Part shown: in pieces, positions 25,840-32,000 of the stretch
Numbering within the stretch: position 1 is the first letter of the stretch
Layout of the letters: every line of letters begins with the position of its first letter
Source: Pseudomonadota bacterium
GTDB lineage: Bacteria; Pseudomonadota; Alphaproteobacteria; Rhizobiales; Methylopilaceae
Reading direction: 5' to 3'
DNA length: 32,000 nt
NCBI GenBank assembly: GCA_023430145.1
Contig: JAEZCD010000005.1
Coordinates: 3,458-35,457, forward strand
Notes under the pieces: model-generated
Seen by the model: the letters and a program-made list of their open reading frames with translations, nothing else
Databases searched by the model: none
What the model was told of the DNA's origin: nothing
Position numbers and translations under genes: made by a program

Positions 25840-27302
25840 TGAGCGGGCGGAACGAGTTCTCGACCTTTCGTGTCCTGATCTGCCTCGTCCTCGGCGCGGC
25901 AGCCCTGAGCGCCTGCGCGCGCGGCGGCGAGACGCCGACCGCCGCCATTCCGGCCGAGGCGCCGAAGGCGCTCGGGCCGCAGACCGCCGCGAGCCGCGAG
26001 CATCAGCGCATCCTCGAAGCCTATGGCGGCCTCTACCAGGACGCGCGGCTCGAAGGCTTCGTCGCCGGCGTCGCCAACAAGCTCGCCAAAGTGTCCGACC
26101 GGCCGGACATCACCTACCGGGTGACCATCCTCAATTCGCCGGCGATCAACGCCTTCGCGCTGCCGAACGGCCAGCTCTACGTCACGCGCGGCCTGCTGGC
26201 GCTCGCCAACGACACCTCCGAGCTCGCCGCCGTGCTGGCGCACGAGATGTCGCACGTCGTCGCCAAGCACGGCGTGCAGCGCGCCGATCAGGAGCGGCAG
26301 GCGCTGCTTGTCAGCCGCGTCGTCACCGACGTGCTCGAGAACCCGGACGCCGGCAAGGTGGCGCTCGCGAAAAGCAAGATCGCGCTCGCGAGCTTCTCCC
26401 GCTCGCAGGAGCTCGAGGCCGACCAGATCGGCGTCAGGACGATGGCGCGCGCCGGCTACGACCCCTACGGCGCGGTACGCTTCCTCGATTCGCTGAGCCG
26501 CCAGGGGCAGCTGAAGACCGACCTCACCGGCGCGCGGCCGTCCGGCGAGGCGGTCGACTTCCTGTCCTCGCACCCCTCGACGCCGGAGCGGGTCGAGCTC
26601 GCCACCGCCGCCGCCCGGCAGATCGGCGCGCCGGGGGTCGGCGCCCAGGAGCGTGACGCCTATCTCGCGGCCATCGATCTCGCCGTGTTCGGCGACGATC
26701 CCGAGCAGGGGTTCGCGCGCGGCCGCAAGTTCGTGCACCCGACGCTCGGCTTCGCCTTCATCGCGCCCGAGGGCTTCACCTTCGAGAACGCCTCCGATTC
26801 GATCCTCGGCATCGCGCCGGACGGCCGCGCGCTGCGGCTCGACAGTGTGCGGCTCGAGGCCGGCCAGACGCTCGAATCCTATCTCGCCTCGGGGTGGATC
26901 GAGGGCGCCGAGGTCGACGCCATCGAGAGCCTGACGGTGAACCGGCTGCCGGCCGCGACCGTGCTCGCCAAGGGGCGCGACTGGACCTTCCGGCTCGTCG
27001 CCATCAAGCTCGGCGAGGACGTCTACCGCATCATCTACGCCGCGCGCACGCTGACGGCCGCGACCGACGAGGGTTTTCGCGCCTCGATCGAGAGCTTCCG
27101 GCGCATCGACGCGGGCGAGGCGCGCGCCGTCCGCCCGCTGCGGCTGCGGATCGTCACCGTCCGCCCGGGCGAGACGCCGGAGACCCTCGCGCGGCGCATG
27201 ACCGGCGTCGACCGGCCGCTCGAGCGCTTCCTGGTGCTGAACGGCCTGCGCCCCGGCGCCGCCCTGCAGCCCGGGCAGCAGGTGAAGATCGTCACCGAAT
27301 AG
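25839..27302 (+). CDS. M48-family zinc metalloprotease lipoprotein with a C-terminal LysM domain
   Basis: ORF 25746 trimmed to the ATG at 25839, which overlaps the upstream stop (TGATG). It has a lipoprotein signal with lipobox LSAC, the HEMSHV zinc motif followed by ELEADQIG, and a C-terminal LysM-like VTVRPGETPETLARRM...LVLNGL...LQPGQQVKIV. Confidence 0.85.
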   Translation: MSGRNEFSTFRVLICLVLGAAALSACARGGETPTAAIPAEAPKALGPQTAASREHQRILEAYGGLYQDARLEGFVAGVANKLAKVSDRPDITYRVTILNSPAINAFALPNGQLYVTRGLLALANDTSELAAVLAHEMSHVVAKHGVQRADQERQALLVSRVVTDVLENPDAGKVALAKSKIALASFSRSQELEADQIGVRTMARAGYDPYGAVRFLDSLSRQGQLKTDLTGARPSGEAVDFLSSHPSTPERVELATAAARQIGAPGVGAQERDAYLAAIDLAVFGDDPEQGFARGRKFVHPTLGFAFIAPEGFTFENASDSILGIAPDGRALRLDSVRLEAGQTLESYLASGWIEGAEVDAIESLTVNRLPAATVLAKGRDWTFRLVAIKLGEDVYRIIYAARTLTAATDEGFRASIESFRRIDAGEARAVRPLRLRIVTVRPGETPETLARRMTGVDRPLERFLVLNGLRPGAALQPGQQVKIVTE

Positions 27303-27314
27303 CTGCAGGCGGCT

Positions 27315-28184
27315 TCAGCCGAAGACGGCCGCTTCCTGCTGCCTGCCGCCGACCAGCTCGCGGCGCAGCTTCTCGATCGCCCGGTTCTCGATCTGCCGCA
27401 CCCGCTCCTTGGAGATGCCGAGGCTGGCGCCGAGCGCTTCCAGCGTCACCGTCTCCTCGCCGAGGCGGCGCGCGCGCAAGATGTTGAACTCGCGCTCGGA
27501 CAGCACCTTCAGCGCCGAATGCAGCCGCTTCTCGCGCCGCTCGCCGTCGATCGTCTCGCTCACCGTCTCCTCCGGCAGCGGACTGTCGTCGACGAGGAAA
27601 TCGAGCCGCTCGCCGGAGGCCTGCTGGTCGCGGTCGCCGAGCGGCGCATTCAGGGAGAGGTCGGGGCCCGAGAGGCGCGAATCCATGAGCGCCACGTCCG
27701 CCTCAGAGACGCCGATCGCCTCGGCGATGTCGCGGTGCAGGGTGCCCAATTGCTGCGGCGGTCCTGCCACCGACAGCCGCGAGCGGAGCCGCCGCAGGCT
27801 GAAGAAGAGGGCCTTTTGGGCCGAGCTCGTGCCGCCGCGGACGATCGACCAGTTGCGCAGGATGTGGTCCTGCACAGCCGCCCGGATCCACCAGGTGGCG
27901 TAGGTCGAGAAGCGCACCTCGCGCTCGGGCTCGAATCGGGCCGCGGCCTCGAGCAGGCCGACATTGCCCTCCTGGACGAGGTCGGCCATGGGCAGGCCGT
28001 AGTGCCGGAAGCGGGCGGCGAGCGCGATGACGAGGCGCATGTGCGAGGCGGCGAGCTTGTGCAGCGCGACGGTGTCGCGACCCTCCCGCCAGCGGACGGC
28101 CAGCGCGCGCTCCTCCTCGCGCTCGAGGAAGGGCGCCTCCATCGCCGCCTTGACGAACCCTCTGCGAATCCCCGATTCGGCCAT
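27315..28184 (-). CDS. rpoH: RNA polymerase sigma-32 (heat-shock sigma factor)
   Basis: It has region 2 (DLVQEGNVGLLEAAARFEPEREVRFSTYATWWIRAAV), an RpoH box (QKALFFSLRRLR) and region 4 (TLEALGASLGISKERVRQIENRAIEKLR). ATG at 28184 has GGAG 7 nt upstream. The track's TTG at 28196 is less likely. Confidence 0.9.
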   Translation of the reverse strand: MAESGIRRGFVKAAMEAPFLEREEERALAVRWREGRDTVALHKLAASHMRLVIALAARFRHYGLPMADLVQEGNVGLLEAAARFEPEREVRFSTYATWWIRAAVQDHILRNWSIVRGGTSSAQKALFFSLRRLRSRLSVAGPPQQLGTLHRDIAEAIGVSEADVALMDSRLSGPDLSLNAPLGDRDQQASGERLDFLVDDSPLPEETVSETIDGERREKRLHSALKVLSEREFNILRARRLGEETVTLEALGASLGISKERVRQIENRAIEKLRRELVGGRQQEAAVFG

Positions 28185-28363
28185 GCCACGCTCCAACCGC
28201 GCGTCCCGCCCGTAACCGGATACAAGCTGTGAAATAGCCCTTCGGGTTCCATGCCGGGTGGCAGAATCGGGACAAAGGCCCGATCAAAGTTCCGTGTCGG
28301 GCCCCGCGCCGTGGTTCCGGCCGAGGCACCCGGTGTTCCGAGGCGAGCCGCCACTCGCTCGTC

Positions 28364-28385
28364 ATCCTGCGCGAAAGCGCAGGAT
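28364..28385 (-). repeat. Perfect 9-bp inverted repeat with a GAAA/TTTC tetraloop (ATCCTGCGC-gaaa-GCGCAGGAT); a REP-like or terminator hairpin after the ABC-2 permease gene
   Basis: It lies 31 nt downstream of the permease stop. No U-tract follows. There is only one copy in the window, so repeat-family status cannot be tested here. Confidence 0.35.
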
Positions 28386-28415
28386 CCATCCTGTTCTCGG
28401 AAGGCGCGCGGAGCC

Positions 28416-29173
28416 TCAGGTCTTCAGCCGATAGCCGGTGCGGAAGATCCAGACGACGAGGGCGAGGCAGGCGGCGAGAAAGCCGGCGGTCGCCGCGAGG
28501 CTGATGCCGACCGGGACGTCGGAGCTGCCGAAAAAGCTCCAGCGGAAGCCGCTGACGAGATAGACGACCGGGTTGAACAAAGTGAGGGTGCGCCAGACCG
28601 GCGGCAGCATGTCGACCGAGTAGAAGGTGCCGCCGAGGAAGGTCAGCGGCGTGATGATGAGCAGCGGCACGAGCTGCAGCTTCTCGAAGCCGTCGGCCCA
28701 GATGCCGATGATGAAGCCGAACAGGCTGAACGTCACCGCCGTGAGGACGAGGAAGAACAGCATCAGCGCCGGGTGCTCGATCCGGAGCGGCACGAACAGG
28801 CTCGCGGTGGCGAGGATCACGAGGCCGAGGATGACCGACTTGGTCGCCGCCGCACCGACATAGCCGACGACGATCTCGACCGGCGACACCGGCGCCGACA
28901 GGAGCTCGTAGATCGTGCCGGTGAAGCGCGGGAAATAGATGCCGAACGAGGCGTTGGCGATGCTCTGCGTGAGCAGCGAGAGCATGATCAGGCCGGGCAC
29001 GATGAAGGCGCCGTAGCTGACGCCGCCGATCTCGGCGATGCTGCCGCCGATGGCGGCGCCGAAGACGACGAAATAGAGCGAGGTCGACAGCACCGGCGAG
29101 ACGAGGCTCTGCAAGAGCGTGCGGTAGGCGCGGGCCATCTCGAAGAGGTAGATCGCGCGGACGGCGTGCAGGT

Positions 29174-29177
<4 letters not shown>
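28416..29177 (-). CDS. ABC-2 type transporter permease
   Basis: The track ORF 28416..29816 is over-extended in a frame that overlaps the ATPase gene. The real start is the ATG at 29177 ([18 protein letters not shown]...), which overlaps the ATPase stop (ATGA). 253 aa, six hydrophobic segments, ABC-2 family appearance. Confidence 0.85.
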
Positions 29178-30100
<923 letters not shown>

Positions 30101-30113
30101 GCGGGGACGCCGT

Positions 30114-30151
30114 GAAACGAAAAGGCCGCCGACGCCATCGCGCCGGCAGCC
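30114..30151 (-). terminator. Canonical intrinsic terminator downstream of carD
   Basis: The minus-strand RNA is GGCUGCCGGCGC-GAUG-GCGUCGGCGGCC, a 12-bp stem (10 Watson-Crick pairs plus 2 G-U pairs) with a tetraloop, followed immediately by UUUUCGUUUC. It starts 40 nt after the carD stop. Confidence 0.65.
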
Positions 30152-30191
30152 TCCGATCCGTTTACCCGGGACTGGCCCCGCGGGGCAAGCC

Positions 30192-30773
30192 TCAGGCGGC
30201 GGCGACCTCTTCCTGGGCCGCGTCCGCGTCCTCGGCCGCCTTGGCCGCGCGGCGGGGCGCCTTGGCCAGCATCGCCTCGATCTTCTTCAGCGCGTCGGCC
30301 TCGTTGGAGCGGTCGACGGCGGCGATCTCGCGGGTCATGCGGTCGAGGGCGGCCTCGTAGAGCTGACGCTCGCTATAAGACTGCTCGGGCTGCGCCTCGC
30401 TGCGGTGCAGGTCGCGCACGACCTCGGCGATGGCGATCAGGTCGCCCGAATTGATCTTCGCCTCGTATTCCTGGGCGCGGCGGCTCCACATGGTCCGCTT
30501 GACTCGGGCGCGGCCCTTCAGCGTGTCGAGGGCGCGGTCGAGGAGCCCGGAGTCGGAGAGCTTGCGCATGCCGACGCTCGCCACCTTGGTGACGGGGACG
30601 CGCAGCATCATCTTGTCCTTGGCGAAGGTGATCGCGAACAGCTCCAGCTTGTGACCGGCTATCTCCTGCTCCTCGATGGCGAGGATCTGGCCGACGCCAT
30701 GCGCCGGATAGACGATGTATTCGCCGGTCTTGAAGCCATGCCGCTCGCGGGAACTCTTCTTCGGGCTCGTCAT
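30192..30773 (-). CDS. carD: CarD/CdnL-family RNA-polymerase-binding transcription factor
   Basis: It has [27 protein letters not shown]...LRVPV and [26 protein letters not shown]...[15 protein letters not shown], with an acidic/Ala C-terminal tail. ATG at 30773 is preferred over the track's GTG at 30788. Confidence 0.9.
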   Translation of the reverse strand: MTSPKKSSRERHGFKTGEYIVYPAHGVGQILAIEEQEIAGHKLELFAITFAKDKMMLRVPVTKVASVGMRKLSDSGLLDRALDTLKGRARVKRTMWSRRAQEYEAKINSGDLIAIAEVVRDLHRSEAQPEQSYSERQLYEAALDRMTREIAAVDRSNEADALKKIEAMLAKAPRRAAKAAEDADAAQEEVAAA

Positions 30774-30993
30774 CGCGCTTCTTCGCACTCCCTGTCGCCG
30801 CGGGCCTTGCCGCTGGACGAATTTAGACGGCGCGCAATGCTCGCTCGCAGCCGAGGCTCCGGCGATCGACCTTCCGAAACGGGTCAGAAAGCGCAGCCGC
30901 GGGCTTAACCGCGGCCGGTTGAGCTTTCTCGAAAGACCGGGGAATCGTCTCCGCTATCGCGAGACGCGGCGCGCAAGCATTTGCCGTGATCGA

Positions 30994-31022
30994 TATGTAG
31001 CATGCTCCGCTCTGTTTTTCAA
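30994..31022 (-). promoter_or_regulatory. Candidate promoter for carD (TTGAAA-17 nt-TACATA) in an AT-rich patch
   Basis: The -35 is at 31017-31022 and the -10 at 30994-30999 (minus strand). This would give a leader of about 210 nt. It is a hexamer match only, with no experimental support. Confidence 0.25.
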
Positions 31023-31033
31023 CGGAAACACGC

Positions 31034-31078
31034 AAAAAGGGCAGTATTTCGGCGCCCACGGTGAATCGTGGCTGCGCC
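31034..31078 (-). terminator. Possible terminator after fdxA
   Basis: The minus-strand RNA forms GGCGC-ag-CCACG-auucac-CGUGG-GCGCC (31051-31078). A T5 run follows 12 nt further on (31034-38). The spacing is not canonical. Confidence 0.3.
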
Positions 31079-31098
31079 GATCGGCAGGATTTCGGGCC

Positions 31099-31437
31099 CT
31101 AGTCGCCGCGGCCGGGCGCGGGCGAAAAGTACTTCTCGTACTTGCCCGGCTGGCCGTCGAACTCCTTACCGTCGGGCGGCGGATCGTGCTTGACCGTGAC
31201 GTTGGGCCAGGTGCGCGCGTATTCCGCGTTGATCTTCAGCCAGCTCTCGAGGCCGGCGGCTGTGTCGGGCTTGATCGCGTCGGCCGGGCATTCGGGTTCG
31301 CAGACGCCGCAGTCGATGCACTCGTCGGGATGGATGACGAGCATGTTCTCGCCTTCGTAGAAGCAGTCCACCGGACACACTTCGACGCAGTCCATGTACT
31401 TGCAGCGTATGCAATTCTCTGTGACGACGTAGGTCAT
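31099..31437 (-). CDS. fdxA: 7Fe ferredoxin (one [3Fe-4S] and one [4Fe-4S] cluster, Azotobacter FdxA type)
   Basis: ORF 31099..31464 trimmed to the ATG at 31437. It reads [29 protein letters not shown]...[16 protein letters not shown]. 112 aa. Confidence 0.9.
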   Translation of the reverse strand: MTYVVTENCIRCKYMDCVEVCPVDCFYEGENMLVIHPDECIDCGVCEPECPADAIKPDTAAGLESWLKINAEYARTWPNVTVKHDPPPDGKEFDGQPGKYEKYFSPAPGRGD

Positions 31438-31506
31438 GCCCGTCTCGGCGGTGGAAGGCGCCATCCCCTAGCGAACGGCGCCGCAAGAGGCAACTGTCTC
31501 GCCGCT

Positions 31507-31836
31507 TCAATGCTCTTCGGGGTTGCCGGAGGCAAGCCCGCGGTCGCGATGGGGGGCCGGCGGCGCCGGACTGCGGTCGACGAACAGGCTTTGTGCCTCC
31601 GAGGCCGGCCCGCGGCGCTCGCCGAAGCCGGCCACCTCCAGCACGCGTACCGTCCGGTCGAGCGCGATGGTCAAGACGTCGCCGATCCGTACCGGCCGGC
31701 TCGCCGAGGCGGCCCGCTCGCCATTGATGCGCACATGGCCGGAGCGGGCCAGCTCCTGCGCCAGCGCGCGCGTGCGGACGACGCGCGCATGCCAGAGCCA
31801 TTTGTCCAGGCGCAGCCTGTCGGCCTCTTCCGTCAA
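31507..31836 (-). CDS. S4-domain RNA-binding protein, Hsp15 (HslR)-like
   Basis: 109 aa with RLDKWLWHARVVRTRALAQELARSGHVRINGERA (S4 alpha-L motif). The TTG start overlaps the upstream gene's stop (TTGA). Confidence 0.8.
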   Translation of the reverse strand: MTEEADRLRLDKWLWHARVVRTRALAQELARSGHVRINGERAASASRPVRIGDVLTIALDRTVRVLEVAGFGERRGPASEAQSLFVDRSPAPPAPHRDRGLASGNPEEH

Positions 31837-32000
31837 CGCTTGCCCTTCTCGCGTGCCTCGAGGGCCTCCTTCAGCTGCAGCAGCGCCGCGAAGGGGGAAT
31901 CGGGGTCCGGCCCGCGCTGCTCGCGCTGAGGCCGCGGCGGCCCGCCGTGCCGCTCGGGGCGATGGTCGCCGCCCTGGCGCTCGGCCCGGGCGCCGCCATG
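31833..32000 (-). CDS. 3' end (last 55 codons) of an unidentified gene; the 5' part lies beyond the right window edge
   Basis: I translated this by hand as ...HGGARAERQGGDHRPERHGGPPRPQREQRGPDPDSPFAALLQLKEALEAREKGKR*. It has G/C third-position bias and its stop overlaps the next gene's start. I vaguely recall a helicase occupying this position in related genomes, but the tail alone does not support a call. Confidence 0.45.
   Translation of the reverse strand, partial: HGGARAERQGGDHRPERHGGPPRPQREQRGPDPDSPFAALLQLKEALEAREKGKR

Noticed and set aside
27305-27339. Imperfect hairpin spanning the 12-nt gap between the convergent M48 and rpoH genes, a possible bidirectional terminator
   Set aside because: The stem is interrupted and most of it lies inside the rpoH coding sequence. 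No T- or A-tract flanks it. It is not distinguishable from background GC self-complementarity.

Overview
Very GC-rich chromosomal DNA (third codon positions are almost always G/C). Gene content and synteny look alphaproteobacterial (Hyphomicrobiales/Rhizobiales-like). I support 28 protein-coding genes, 2 of them cut by the window edges. I found no rRNA, tRNA, CRISPR array, transposase, integrase, phage or recognisable defence gene, so this reads as core chromosome rather than an accessory island. Many long ORFs in the supplied track are antisense 'shadow' ORFs typical of high-GC DNA. Several real genes are over-extended at the 5' end, because the track also starts ORFs at TTG/GTG. Layout: (i) 1-14.2 kb, all on the minus strand, is a co-directional oxalate-to-CO2 block: TTT transporter tctCBA, a GntR/FCD regulator, oxalyl-CoA decarboxylase, formyl-CoA transferase, a domain-permuted ADP-forming acyl-CoA synthetase, and NAD-linked formate dehydrogenase (fused gamma-beta subunit plus alpha subunit). 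(ii) 14.5-16.7 kb holds a CenR-like OmpR-family response regulator operon (with a cNMP-domain protein and an orphan 140-aa protein) divergent from a small YkuD-type L,D-transpeptidase-like gene. (iii) 16.8-24.9 kb holds rpiA, dxs and the hopanoid squalene module hpnC-hpnD-hpnE-shc. (iv) 25-32 kb holds a secreted SNase-fold protein translationally coupled to an M48/LysM lipoprotein protease, then rpoH, an ABC-2 exporter pair, carD/cdnL, fdxA, an Hsp15-like S4 protein, and the 3' end of an unidentified gene. The most interesting material is the oxalate block. A TTT transporter sits where an OxlT antiporter would be expected. The CoA ligase has an unusual ATP-grasp-first domain order. An AT-rich 16-nt motif is shared by the two promoter-like regions flanking tctCBA. 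I see no clear evidence of a wholly new system such as a defence system or mobile element, and all functional proposals below are inference from sequence only.
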